A DNA stretch of 64,000 bases, from the NCBI GenBank assembly GCA_016189025.1, contig JACPGS010000007.1, positions 1,162 through 65,161 of the forward strand, read 5' to 3'. This DNA is from Candidatus Magasanikiibacteriota bacterium. Its GTDB lineage: Bacteria > Patescibacteriota > Patescibacteriia > Magasanikbacterales > GWA2-37-8. The translations under genes and the position numbers were made by a program. Below are positions 8,941 through 18,885 of this stretch, in pieces. Each line of letters begins with the position of its first letter. The first letter of the stretch is position 1. Below the pieces are notes generated by a model. That model did not search any database. It was not told the DNA's origin and worked only from the letters and a program-made list of their open reading frames with translations.

Positions 8941-10179
8941 TTATTTTGTAATATTTTGAAAATGACGGGTGATAATGCCGGAGCGTTGCAGATAATCAGT
9001 AAAAAATTTGACTAATTCCTGCGCTACTAACTGGTGGCCGCGGACGTTCAGGTGGCCGTTAAAATACTGGCCGCGCCAGTTATAGAGCGGGGTGGTGGAA
9101 GCCTGTCGGTAGTGGCCGGCAAAGGCCGGCGTCAAATCTACCAACGGCCACTGGCCCTCTTTAGCCTGCTCGGCTAACCAACTATTAGGTAATCGCAAAT
9201 CCCAGCCTGGCTCCCGCAAAGCCGGAAGTTCTTGCTGGAGTGCTGACCATAACCCGTGATCTACCTGCTCGGCTTGCGGCAGGTATGCTACTACAAAAGC
9301 ACTCCCATCAGCAACCGCCCGCTCCGCTGCCTGCTGCAGCAACTGGCGGGTAAATTTATACACCGTGCGGTGCGCCTCGGGCAGCGGATTATGAAAAATA
9401 AAAAAAGTGGGATGCACCCCGTTTTGGCTGGCTCCCATCACCCCGCGATCGTGCAAACCCGCCCGCACCGCTAAATCCGCAAGCCAGGGCACCTCGCGCA
9501 CCCGCCGATCTACTACCTGCGCCAAACGCGAGGTTTGCAGCAAGCGGAATTTAAGATCGCGGCGCCCGGCGTTGAGATTCGCCTGCGCTTCGGGAATATC
9601 CTGCCAGTCGGCGGGATTAGAGGAGAGAAAACGATCGCGGTATTTCAGGTAATACTGGTTATTCTCAAAATCATTGGGAAAGAAAAAGTATACTACCACG
9701 TCGGGACGATATTTGCGCACATACTGCTGATAGCGCAATAATTCTTCCCCCGTGCCCTGGCTGCCCACGGCAAAATTCATTACTTCAAAATTAATTTGCG
9801 GAGAGCGGGCATTAAGGTCGCGCTCCAGGAGAGCGGCAAAAGTGGAGGTAACGTCCACCTGCAGCGCCTCGGTAAAGGAATCGCCGAGGAAGGCCAGGCG
9901 CAAGGTAGAGGTCGGATGATCAATAGTATAATCGCGGCCGACAAATCCTTCGCGGTTAGTCTGTACCAATACCGGCGTGTTGGTTTCCGGCTCGGGAATC
10001 ATGGCATTAAGATTGCGGCGATGGATAGTATAGCCGCGCTCGTCCGCGGTATAGTAAGCATCAAGCGGCGTGCGCCGGGGCGGGACTAATAATCGAGCTG
10101 CTACTTCCAATAAAAGTAAAGAAGAAACGATGCCGAACAGAGCCAATAATAATTTTCCCAGGAAAGCGCGGGGCTTCAT
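8941..10179 (-). CDS. SGNH/GDSL-family hydrolase with N-terminal signal anchor (putative polysaccharide esterase/acyl-transfer accessory)
   Basis: Probable start MKPRAFLGKLLLALFGIVSSLLLLEVAA at 10179. It contains the FLGDSFTE (GDS) block. Confidence 0.55.
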   Translation of the reverse strand: MKPRAFLGKLLLALFGIVSSLLLLEVAARLLVPPRRTPLDAYYTADERGYTIHRRNLNAMIPEPETNTPVLVQTNREGFVGRDYTIDHPTSTLRLAFLGDSFTEALQVDVTSTFAALLERDLNARSPQINFEVMNFAVGSQGTGEELLRYQQYVRKYRPDVVVYFFFPNDFENNQYYLKYRDRFLSSNPADWQDIPEAQANLNAGRRDLKFRLLQTSRLAQVVDRRVREVPWLADLAVRAGLHDRGVMGASQNGVHPTFFIFHNPLPEAHRTVYKFTRQLLQQAAERAVADGSAFVVAYLPQAEQVDHGLWSALQQELPALREPGWDLRLPNSWLAEQAKEGQWPLVDLTPAFAGHYRQASTTPLYNWRGQYFNGHLNVRGHQLVAQELVKFFTDYLQRSGIITRHFQNITK

Positions 10180-10184
10180 AATTT

Positions 10185-11888
10185 CTACTTTGATGACAGT
10201 TGATAAACCAAAACCGTAGGGCCGAGCTGGGGCAGTCGCCATAACAGCGGCGGGAGCCACTGGCGCACGGTGTGCGCTTCGCCGCCGATAAATAGAGCGC
10301 CCCGGCCATCGGGACTATCGCTGCCGGCCAAATCATCGCTTCCCTTAAATTCTTTTACTAAAGTAGCGCGCGCGGGGAGACCGGCGAGGTCGGGGGGCAA
10401 GGAGGCCCAGGAGTCAACTACCAAGTATGGCGCCCGCCCTGATTGCGTCAGTCCGGTAATGAGCTGGGAGCGCTGCTCGCTGTTATTAACATAAAATAAA
10501 TTATGGGTATAAAGGAGCGGCCAGGGAGCTGCTACGCCGGGAGAAGCAAGCGCCCGCTCGGCAGAGCGCAAAGACTGGGGCGCCACCTGCTGTTGAATTT
10601 GCAGAGCCCGAAGGCTAGGCGACAAACGCAGCCGTTCGGAATATATCAGCACCCCGGCGTTTTCCGGCAAATGCTGTACCAGCCATTGCACGGCTGCCAC
10701 TCGCGTATCATTGCGCCAAATTAAGCGATGATAAGGAATAAACAGCCAGGCGCTGTAAACCGCTAAAAAAATCGGAATTGCCAGCGCGCTTCCCCTTTGC
10801 CACCGCCTACTCCCCTCTCCTAAAACCCCTACGCCATAGCCCGCAAGGAGCGCGAAGAGTGGCAAGAGAGGCAGCAGATAGCGCGGGATATTCCAAAAGA
10901 ACGCATACATAATGACCGCAATACTGCCGATGACCAGCAGGGCGCCTAATCCCCAGCGCCAGGAACGCCGCCCCAGCATCAATAATCCGACTAGGGAAAA
11001 AATAACGAGCGGCAGTTCGTAGCGCCCCAGGGTGCTGGCGTAATAAGTTAAGAAACGGCTGATTTCCTTCGGCTCCCCCGGAGCGCTATAGGTATGGGCA
11101 AGCACCTGTTCCACAAACGGCTGGGGATGGACCGCGATAAAAGCCAGGGCGACGGCTAAAAATCCGCCGCCAAAATACAACAGGGCAATACGACGGGCGC
11201 CGGGGAGGCGCGGCGTACTCCACCACACCGTAAGCAAAACCAGGGGGAAATAAAACACCAAATAACCGGCGCCAAAGGAAAGGCCTAATAATACTCCGGG
11301 TAAGGCCATCCGCCACCGCTTGATTCCCTCGGGCAACCAAGCCGCGACCCAGGCCAGGAGACTTAAAAAAATTGCCGGCACCCAATGGCGCGCCGTGGGG
11401 GCAAGAGTTACATCCAGGAAGCTGGTTGCCAAAAAAAGCGCGGCAGCGGCGGCCGCCAAATAATTCTTAAAAATCTGCCGCCCCAAACGATAAACCAGAT
11501 AAACCCCGGCCACGCTCAAAACTACATTCAGGGAGCGCGCCGTGAGCCAGAGCGCAGACGGATCGGCGGCGATCATCGCCTTAAATTGAACTAGCGCCGG
11601 CAATCCGGCAGCTAAAAATTTTACTCCCAGCGCCACCACAAAAATCAGCAGGTAAAGATAGCTCAAGAGCGGGGGGTAATAGAGCAAATCATTAAAGGCC
11701 GCCCAATGGAACACCGGCAGGAGGGTGGGGATTTCTAACATCTTCAGCGCGCCGTAAATGTGCGCTTCTTCGTCGCCCAAAAGGTGAAAGGGCAATCCGT
11801 AACCAATGCCGGGCAGCCGCAGCAGAAAAGCAACCGCCAGTATGATTACCAGCCACCACTGTTTTTTTAAGCTATTAAACCAGGACAT
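10185..11888 (-). CDS. GT-C fold membrane glycosyltransferase (GT39/GT83, PMT/ArnT-like)
   Basis: 567 aa with about 12 TM segments. The first extracytoplasmic loop has GDEEAHIYGALKM (DE motif). Confidence 0.55.
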   Translation of the reverse strand: MSWFNSLKKQWWLVIILAVAFLLRLPGIGYGLPFHLLGDEEAHIYGALKMLEIPTLLPVFHWAAFNDLLYYPPLLSYLYLLIFVVALGVKFLAAGLPALVQFKAMIAADPSALWLTARSLNVVLSVAGVYLVYRLGRQIFKNYLAAAAAALFLATSFLDVTLAPTARHWVPAIFLSLLAWVAAWLPEGIKRWRMALPGVLLGLSFGAGYLVFYFPLVLLTVWWSTPRLPGARRIALLYFGGGFLAVALAFIAVHPQPFVEQVLAHTYSAPGEPKEISRFLTYYASTLGRYELPLVIFSLVGLLMLGRRSWRWGLGALLVIGSIAVIMYAFFWNIPRYLLPLLPLFALLAGYGVGVLGEGSRRWQRGSALAIPIFLAVYSAWLFIPYHRLIWRNDTRVAAVQWLVQHLPENAGVLIYSERLRLSPSLRALQIQQQVAPQSLRSAERALASPGVAAPWPLLYTHNLFYVNNSEQRSQLITGLTQSGRAPYLVVDSWASLPPDLAGLPARATLVKEFKGSDDLAGSDSPDGRGALFIGGEAHTVRQWLPPLLWRLPQLGPTVLVYQLSSK

Positions 11889-12077
11889 ACCAAAATATTA
11901 AAGACTAAGGCCGATACCGTCCGCATTTTCGCAGCGACAGCTTGTTTGAGCCAGCGCTCGGCTCGTTGCCATGGCTGCGGTCTGCAGAGCCGAGCGCGTG
12001 CCCCGAGCGATGCAGCGAGGGGCGGCGAGTTCTGGCGCCAGAAAATGCGGATGGTGAGGCCGATATACTTGGTATTC

Positions 12078-12767
12078 TTAATAAAAACGATACTTAAATA
12101 AGGTCCAAATGGCAATTAAGCCGTCGCGCCAGTTGATTTTTTTGCCTTGAGCTTTGGTGCGGGGGGTATAACTGATGGGAACCTCAACAATTTTTTTTCC
12201 CGCCCGCGCCAGTTGCGCCGTCACTTCTGGGCAGAACGCAAAATCATCGGCCCGCAACGGGAGGCTCAATAATACCTCGCGCCGGAAGCATTTGTAGCCG
12301 GTCGGCTCGTCGGTGAGCGTTGTCTGGTATAATAAATTAGTGAGCGCAGTTAAAAATAATCCCCCGAAAAAGAAAAGCCAGCCGCTCTTTTTTGCTTCGC
12401 GCCAGCGCCGCCCCAATAAGCGCGAGCCGTAAACCGCCTCGGCGCCGGTAACGCGCGCCGCCGCCATAATGGCAACATAATCCGCCGGATCGTACTCCAG
12501 GTCCGCATCCTGGATAATTACCCACTCGCCGGTGGCGCGGGAAAGACCCGAGCGCACCGCCGCCCCTTTGCCGCGATTGCGCGGATGCCTGATGACCAAA
12601 CAATCATGGGCTCCGGCAAGGACAGCGGCGGTTCCGTCGGTAGAGCCGTCGTCAACCACAATCACCTCTTTGACAACATCAGGGATTTCAACCGCCCCCA
12701 CGCGCCGCAGCACCTCGGCAATCGTCGCCTGCTCATTGTAGACTGGAATAATGATTGACAGTTTCAT
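12078..12767 (-). CDS. GT2 polyprenyl-phosphate sugar synthase (Dpm1/GtrB-like) with C-terminal TM
   Basis: MKLSIIIPVYNE, VVDDGSTDGT, IQDADLEYDP, GSR. Confidence 0.8.
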   Translation of the reverse strand: MKLSIIIPVYNEQATIAEVLRRVGAVEIPDVVKEVIVVDDGSTDGTAAVLAGAHDCLVIRHPRNRGKGAAVRSGLSRATGEWVIIQDADLEYDPADYVAIMAAARVTGAEAVYGSRLLGRRWREAKKSGWLFFFGGLFLTALTNLLYQTTLTDEPTGYKCFRREVLLSLPLRADDFAFCPEVTAQLARAGKKIVEVPISYTPRTKAQGKKINWRDGLIAIWTLFKYRFY

Positions 12768-12774
12768 AATTTTT

Positions 12775-12848
12775 GAGACTGTAGAAAATACCGGCAATAC
12801 CCACTGTTTAACTGGTCGCTATCGCTATTGCTAAAACTCACTTGGTTG
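12775..12848 (-). repeat. MITE family 1, truncated copy C (right arm only, reverse orientation)
   Basis: GAGACTGTAGAAAAT...CTGGTCGCTATCGCTATTGCTAAAACTCACTTGGTTG matches the reverse complement of the TTAGCAATAGCGACAGCGACCAGG...ATTCTTCTACAGTCTC arm. The hairpin core is absent. Confidence 0.7.
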
Positions 12849-12851
12849 TTA

Positions 12852-14717
12852 CTACAATTTCTTAATAAACTTCTCATACCACAACTGCCACATTACCACT
12901 GACCAAATGGTATTAAGATGGTAGCCGCCGGCTAAATGCTCGCGCCAAATCTGGCGGACCGCGTCGCCGTTAAACCATTCAGCGGCCAGGCGATCCGGAG
13001 AGAGAATGCTGTTCACGGTACTCCGGAGCGACTCCTGGCGCAGCCATTTGGCGGTGGGGGTAAACCAGCCGCGCTTGGGCTGGCGTTTAACTGCCGGCGG
13101 CAGATATGAATCTATTGCCTGGCGCCACAAGTGTTTGCCGACAAACGAACCCGGGATCGTACGGCCTACTTTAATCTGCCACCGGCTGGGAATTTTTGCC
13201 GCCAGCTCCACCAAGCGAATATCCAAAATCGGCACCCGCGGCTCCAGCCCCGAAGACATTGTCAGCTTATTGCTGCGCAAGAGCGATTCGTCGGGCAGCC
13301 AGCTGCCCCGATCCAACTGCTGAAACCAGCGGACAAAATCTTGCTTAATATAGGGAGGCAAAGGAAACTGCGCTGCCAATAAACTGCTAGCGGCGCCGGA
13401 ATGATACTGCTCGCGATTAAGCAGCGGCGCCAGCGCCTGCTCTTTTTGGCACAAAAAAGCCACCGCGCGCGCCATGGTCGGCGGTAATCCCAATTTATCG
13501 GCTGTTTTCTGATAACCGCAAGCCGAGAACAAGCGCCGGACTATCGTTTGCGCCCCGCCCGGCAGTTTCTGGAAACGCTCAATCAGCGCGCTGTAGTAAT
13601 AGCGCGGATAGCCGCCGAATAATTCATCGCCGCCGTCGCCGCCCAGTACCACCGCGACCGATTGTTTGGCCAAGCGCGCCAGCAAAAAAATCGCGGCGGC
13701 GGTGGCGTTGGCGTTAGGTTCATCCAAATGCCAGACAATCGCCGGCAGTTCCCGCGCCAGATCATCCGGCCCTACTAATAATTCGTGATGATCGGCGCCG
13801 TACCAGCGCGCAGTCTGCCGCGCCAGGCGAAAATCCGTATTAAATTTTTCCTCATCGCGGCTGGCGCGGAAACCCACGGAATAAGTTTTAATTTTGCCTC
13901 CTCCGCGCTCGGCCACCGCTCCCAACACGGCCGTGGAATCAAGGCCGCCGCTTAAAAATATCCCTACCGGCCGATCGGAAACCAGCTGGTCGCGGACAGC
14001 GTTACGGAACAGATCGCGCAAGCGGCCAACGGTTTCGGCCGGATCGGTAAGCGTTGACCAATCGGTAATTTGCCAATAACGCTCCACTTTAATCCCCTCC
14101 CCTTCCTGCCAGCGCAAATAATGCGCGGGCGGCAATTTTTTGATGCCAAGGAACATGGTGTGGGGCGCCGGCACGTAGAGAAGTTCAAAAAATAAACTAA
14201 AGGCCTCTCGGTCCACGGCACGGGGGATATCGTGCGCCAAAATCGCCTTAATTTCCGAAGAAAAAATCAGCCGCTGGCCGTCCCAAAAATAATACAGGGG
14301 ATTGACTCCGCCCGGATCGCGCGCTAACCACAGCTCGCGCGACCGGGCATCCCAGATGGCAAAAGCAAAAATGCCGTTGAATTTAGCCAGGCAGTCGCGG
14401 CCGTATTCGCGGTAGGCATAGAGCGCTACTTCGGTATCGGAAGCGGAACGAAATTGATATTTGGGCTCCAGGGCGCGGCGCAATTCCTGAAAGTTATACA
14501 GCTCGCCGTTGTAGACAATACAAATTTCGCCGGCCGCGTCCCACATCGGTTGAGCCCCGCGCTCCGACAAATCAATAATGGCGAGCCGGTTATGGCCGAG
14601 GCTAATCCCCTCCCCCACCCAGCAATTAGTCTGATCCGGGCCGCGGTGGCGCGTCCGCCGGTTCATCTCCTCAATTTTCTGCCGATCGGCGAAAGTAAAA
14701 CCGTTAATGGCGCACAT
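12852..14717 (-). CDS. asnB: asparagine synthetase (glutamine-hydrolysing) / AsnB-family amidotransferase
   Basis: Begins MCAINGF (Cys2 nucleophile). Has the LSGGLDSTAV PP-loop, 621 aa. Confidence 0.85.
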   Translation of the reverse strand: MCAINGFTFADRQKIEEMNRRTRHRGPDQTNCWVGEGISLGHNRLAIIDLSERGAQPMWDAAGEICIVYNGELYNFQELRRALEPKYQFRSASDTEVALYAYREYGRDCLAKFNGIFAFAIWDARSRELWLARDPGGVNPLYYFWDGQRLIFSSEIKAILAHDIPRAVDREAFSLFFELLYVPAPHTMFLGIKKLPPAHYLRWQEGEGIKVERYWQITDWSTLTDPAETVGRLRDLFRNAVRDQLVSDRPVGIFLSGGLDSTAVLGAVAERGGGKIKTYSVGFRASRDEEKFNTDFRLARQTARWYGADHHELLVGPDDLARELPAIVWHLDEPNANATAAAIFLLARLAKQSVAVVLGGDGGDELFGGYPRYYYSALIERFQKLPGGAQTIVRRLFSACGYQKTADKLGLPPTMARAVAFLCQKEQALAPLLNREQYHSGAASSLLAAQFPLPPYIKQDFVRWFQQLDRGSWLPDESLLRSNKLTMSSGLEPRVPILDIRLVELAAKIPSRWQIKVGRTIPGSFVGKHLWRQAIDSYLPPAVKRQPKRGWFTPTAKWLRQESLRSTVNSILSPDRLAAEWFNGDAVRQIWREHLAGGYHLNTIWSVVMWQLWYEKFIKKL

Positions 14718-14721
14718 AACA

Positions 14722-15726
14722 TTAGACCATCGGCAATTTCACCCCTAGCCTGGCGCAGTCGGCCTCTACCATCAGGCGCACCAGCGCTCGAAACGAAGTG
14801 CGCGGCTGCCAGCCCAGTTTTTCCCGGGCTTTGCCGGGGTCGCCCACCAGGCGGCGGGTATCGGTAGGGCGGAAAAACTGGGAATCAATCACCACATAAT
14901 CAGACGCCTGGAGACCCGCCAGGCGAAACGCTTCGTCCACAAACTCCTGCACTGCATGCGACTCGCCGGTGGCGATGACATAATCGTCCGGCTTGTCCTG
15001 CTGCAGCGAGAGCCACATCGCTTCCACAAAATCCTGCGCATAGCCCCAGTCTTTTTCCGCGGCGAGGTTCCCCAGCCGCAATTCGCGGCGGGTGCCGGCC
15101 AGAATCTCCGCCACCCCCCGGGCAATTTTGCGGGTAACAAAATTTTCGGCGCGCCGGGGCGATTCGTGATTAAACATAATGCCGGTGCAAGCGAACAACT
15201 GATAGTTCTCGCGATAATTGATGGTCATAAAATGAGCAAAAGTTTTGGCGCAGGCATAGGGACTAGTAGGAAACACCGGCGTGGTTTCCCGCTGCGGCAC
15301 TTCCGCCGGCGCGGCGCCGAACATTTCGGCGCTGGAGGCCTGAAAAAAACGCATCGGCTTTTTGCTGGCGCGCATCCACTCCAGCAAGCGCACCGTCCCC
15401 AGGCCCACGATATTAGCGGTATATTCGGGAATCTCAAAGCTGATTGCCACGTGGCTTTGCGCTCCCAAATTGTAAAGTTCATCCGGATCAGCCAGCGTCA
15501 GAATGCGAAACAAGCTGCTGCTGTCGGTCAGGTCGCCGTAATGCAGTTGGAGTTGGCCGGAAGTTTCCGCCGCTGCCAGGTGAGCCAGGCGCTCGCGCGG
15601 ATTATGGCTGGAGCGGGCAATCAGCCCGTGCACTTGATAGCCTTTGCCTAATAATAATTCTGCCAGGTAACTGCCGTCCTGGCCGGCAATGCCGGTAATG
15701 AAGGCGCGCTTGGGCATATTTAGCAA
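14722..15726 (-). CDS. gmd: GDP-mannose 4,6-dehydratase
   Basis: KRAFITGIAGQDGSYLAELLLGKGYQVHGLIARSS, LHYGDLTDSSSL and NLGAQSHV are hallmark Gmd blocks. The true start is probably MPKRAF at 15717. Confidence 0.85.
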   Translation of the reverse strand: MLNMPKRAFITGIAGQDGSYLAELLLGKGYQVHGLIARSSHNPRERLAHLAAAETSGQLQLHYGDLTDSSSLFRILTLADPDELYNLGAQSHVAISFEIPEYTANIVGLGTVRLLEWMRASKKPMRFFQASSAEMFGAAPAEVPQRETTPVFPTSPYACAKTFAHFMTINYRENYQLFACTGIMFNHESPRRAENFVTRKIARGVAEILAGTRRELRLGNLAAEKDWGYAQDFVEAMWLSLQQDKPDDYVIATGESHAVQEFVDEAFRLAGLQASDYVVIDSQFFRPTDTRRLVGDPGKAREKLGWQPRTSFRALVRLMVEADCARLGVKLPMV

Positions 15727-15743
15727 TCAGCTAATCAGCAGAT

Positions 15744-16989
15744 TCAGCGATCAGCTGATAGTAATAATTGTTCTAATTCGGTACGCACTATGTTATCCAG
15801 CACTTCCTGGCTGAATAATTTAGTAGCCAGGGCAACCGCGGCCTGCGACAGTTGCTGCCGCAGGGAAAAAGACTGCAAACGCTCCAAAGATGCCACAAAC
15901 TCTTCCGGAGTTACGCCGGTTAAAACTGATTCATTAGGACGGAACGGATAGCCGGCCAGCCCCCGGCCGTGGGTAATGGTGGGGAACCCCCCGGCCGTGG
16001 GTAATGGTGGGGAACCCGCGCGCCAGCGGCTCAAAAATTTTCTGCTGCATGCCGGCGCCGGAAAGCGAGGGAATCATCGCAATATCCATCGGCTGCAGGG
16101 CGGCATTAAGGTCATCCACATATCCCTCATAATGCACGTTATCGCGAATAAATGATTGCAAATCCGCCGGGAATTTCATGCCGAAGATGTGGAACTGAAA
16201 AGCATCGCCAAATTTCTTAAACACCCGCGGCGCCACCTGGCGCACCACAAACTCCAGCGCCTGCCGGTTATGCGATACGTGGTAGGTGGAACCCATAAAA
16301 AATACTTTCAACGGCTGGCGATTCCCCGGCGGCGTATGGGTACCGATAGTATGAGAAAATCCGCGCAAGGGCAAATTCACGGCATGCCGCGCCCCCCAGC
16401 GCTGGTACTGCTGCTCTTCATCCGGCGTAATGGAAAACAGCACGCCCGCCCGCCGGCCGCTGATATACTCGGTATAAAATTTAGGCAAAGAGCGCAAATA
16501 ATTAAACAGCGTGCGGCCGTCTTCCTCCAAAAAATGGCGCGCTTCAAAATTAATGGAGCGCACCACGATCGGGGTGGCGCGGGGAATCAGCCGGAACAGC
16601 GGCCAAAGATAAGTATAATCGCACCAGACAATATCTGGCTGAAAGCGCTTGACTGCTTCGCGCACCGTATCTCGCATCCGCGGCTCCACATACTCCAAGG
16701 TGGCCGGGTCCAGGCGCCCGGGATGCGGCAGAGTATAGCGCAGCCGCTCTAACTGTTCGCGCCAACCACCGCCGATATAGCGGTAAGGCACCAGGGTCAA
16801 GGGCACCCCGCTGGCTTTCCATTTAGCGCGAATTTCCTCCGGGTCCTGCCAGGTATAGAGCTTACCGATTACTTCAATCTCATATCCTAAGCGGGGCAAT
16901 TGGCGCAGATTCTCGGCCCGATCCTGCTCGCAGGCGCCGCTCGCCGGCTCGGGAAAACGGGGAGTGATGACGAGGATGCGTTTGGACAC
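15744..16989 (-). pseudogene. GT4-like glycosyltransferase split into two frames by a 28-bp tandem duplication (frameshift)
   Basis: ORFs 15934..16989 and 15744..16034 both encode GFPTITHGRG at their junction. The DNA at 15971..16026 is CCCCGGCCGTGGGTAATGGTGGGGAACC repeated twice (28 bp each). Confidence 0.5.
15971..16026. repeat. perfect 28-bp tandem duplication inside the glycosyltransferase ORF
   Basis: ccccggccgtgggtaatggtggggaacc occurs twice in a row. The length is not a multiple of 3. Confidence 0.9.
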
Positions 16990-17013
16990 AATATTATCGG
17001 AATGACAAAAACC

Positions 17014-17706
17014 CTAAGCAAATAAATTATATTTTACAATTGCCCAAATAGCGCTAAAGCCGTCGCGCACGCCGATTTTTTTACCCTCGGCATAGGTGCG
17101 TCCATAATAAGAAATGCCGACCTCATACACCCGCAGGCGGTGCTTGGCGACCCGCGCCGTAATCTCGGGCTCAATGGTAAACCGGTTGGCCGTCAGCTCT
17201 GGCGCAATGGTAGCGAGCGCGGCGCGGGTAAATGCTTTGTAGCAGGTTTCCATATCGGTGAGGTTGAGATTGGTGCAGAGGTTGGAAAGCCAGGTTAAAA
17301 ACTTGTTGCCGACGTAATGCCAAAACAGCAACACCCGATGCGGGCGGCTCCCCACAAAGCGCGAACCATAAACAACATCGGCCACGCCCTGTACTAAAGG
17401 CGCCAACAGATCGCGATACTCGCGGGGGTCATATTCCAAATCCGCGTCCTGCACAATAATAAAGTCACCGGTGGCCTCGCGAAACCCGCGGCGCAAGGCT
17501 GCTCCCTTGCCGGAATTTTTCTCCTGAAAAAAAATTTTGTGCTGGCCGGCCAGCCGCTGCAGAATCTCCCGCGTGCCGTCGGTGGAGCCATCGTCTACAA
17601 TCACTAGTTCTTTTTCCATGCCAGCATCTACTTCGGCTACTGCTGCAATCACCGGCAGAATAGTAGCGGCTTCGTTGTATACCGGAATCACTACGGAAAG
17701 TTTCAT
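17014..17706 (-). CDS. GT2 polyprenyl-phosphate sugar synthase (Dpm1/GtrB-like)
   Basis: MKLSVVIPVYNE, VDDGSTDGT, VQDADLEYDP. Confidence 0.8.
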   Translation of the reverse strand: MKLSVVIPVYNEAATILPVIAAVAEVDAGMEKELVIVDDGSTDGTREILQRLAGQHKIFFQEKNSGKGAALRRGFREATGDFIIVQDADLEYDPREYRDLLAPLVQGVADVVYGSRFVGSRPHRVLLFWHYVGNKFLTWLSNLCTNLNLTDMETCYKAFTRAALATIAPELTANRFTIEPEITARVAKHRLRVYEVGISYYGRTYAEGKKIGVRDGFSAIWAIVKYNLFA

Positions 17707-17708
17707 AC

Positions 17709-18881
17709 TTACTCCTCAAAATAATCAATAATTTTCCCAATCACCGTATCCAAATTATGATGCGCGCGAACAAAACCAATCGCTGCTTGATTAGGCAACT
17801 TTTCCGGCTTTAGTATACCATTCTGCCACATTTTTTCAATGGTTTGGGCCAGGGCCGCCGCGTCTCCGGCGGGGAAGGTCCACACTACTCCCGCGCGCTC
17901 GGCATCAGCATAGGCAGGGCTAGAAGTGATAACGTAGCGGCCGGCGGCGAGCGCCTCCAACACTACCTTATCCGCGCTGCCGGTGCGGCTGGGGTGGATA
18001 AGAAGATGATAACGATGATAAATACTGGGCATCTCCAGATAATCCTTCCGCTCACTGCGGAAACCTACTGCCCTGCCCCGGCTTGGTCGCTCGGTCGCGG
18101 CAGACACTCTAGGTGCTCGCGGAGCTGCGCGCCTAGAGAACTCGTCTGCGGCTCCCTCGCTCATTCGTAATTCAAAGTTATTAGTCATTTCCTCTAAATA
18201 CTTTTGATAATGCTTATCGGCTGCCGTAATTGGACTGCCGACAATGGTAAAACGTAAATGGGGAAAATCAGGCACCTGCTGGAGTTGGATTAAGGCTTGG
18301 AAGATAATTTCGTAATTCTTCACTGCACTAATCCGGCCGACCGCTAAAAGCCACAATTCATGAGGATCGGCAATCTCTTCCGGTCCCGCCGCGAATAATT
18401 CCACCGGAATCCCGTGCCCCACCACCTCCACCTTGGCGCTCGGCAAGCGAAAACTCTCCGGCGAGGCGGTGAAAATTTTGTCCGCTCGCTTTTCCGCCTG
18501 CTTCAACCACCAGTTAACTGATTTATGCACATACCAAAGGAGAATTTTTTTCTGATGTTTCCGCCACCACCAACCGCCGAGCACCACATATTCCGGATTC
18601 ATGTGAACGAAAACACCATCATAATCATTTTGATACTGCCGGATCAAGCGACGAAAACGGAAATAATAAACCAAACGCCGTAGTAGTTTAGGGAGTCTTA
18701 ACATCTTTTCCTTTCCCAGCGACAATACGGTAACATTATTCGGCAACTCAAATTCACCTTGTTCCAAACAAATCACAATCAAGCGCTCGGTGCGCGCCGA
18801 GAGGCGGCGCAGCCATTCAAGAAAAAACCCCAGCGCCGGATCGGCGCGGTCTACTTTTTGAGTAATCACCAATAAACGCAT
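17709..18881 (-). CDS. GT4 glycosyltransferase carrying an in-frame insertion of a MITE family-1 core
   Basis: GT4 C-terminal motifs are IHPSRTGSADKVVLEALAAGRYVITS. An insert of about 35 aa, AADEFSRRAAPRAPRVSAATERPSRGRAVGFRSER, is encoded by the repeat core. Confidence 0.7.
   Translation of the reverse strand: MRLLVITQKVDRADPALGFFLEWLRRLSARTERLIVICLEQGEFELPNNVTVLSLGKEKMLRLPKLLRRLVYYFRFRRLIRQYQNDYDGVFVHMNPEYVVLGGWWWRKHQKKILLWYVHKSVNWWLKQAEKRADKIFTASPESFRLPSAKVEVVGHGIPVELFAAGPEEIADPHELWLLAVGRISAVKNYEIIFQALIQLQQVPDFPHLRFTIVGSPITAADKHYQKYLEEMTNNFELRMSEGAADEFSRRAAPRAPRVSAATERPSRGRAVGFRSERKDYLEMPSIYHRYHLLIHPSRTGSADKVVLEALAAGRYVITSSPAYADAERAGVVWTFPAGDAAALAQTIEKMWQNGILKPEKLPNQAAIGFVRAHHNLDTVIGKIIDYFEE
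18084..18168 (-). repeat. MITE family-1 hairpin core inserted in-frame within a GT4 CDS (copy K)
   Basis: CTTGGTCGCTCGGTCGCGGCAGACACTCTAGGTGCTCGCGGAGCTGCGCGCCTAGAGAACTCGTCTGCGGCTCCCTCGCTCATT aligns with the intergenic copies, for example 52440..52540. The reading frame is preserved. Confidence 0.75.
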
Positions 18882-18885
18882 AAAT

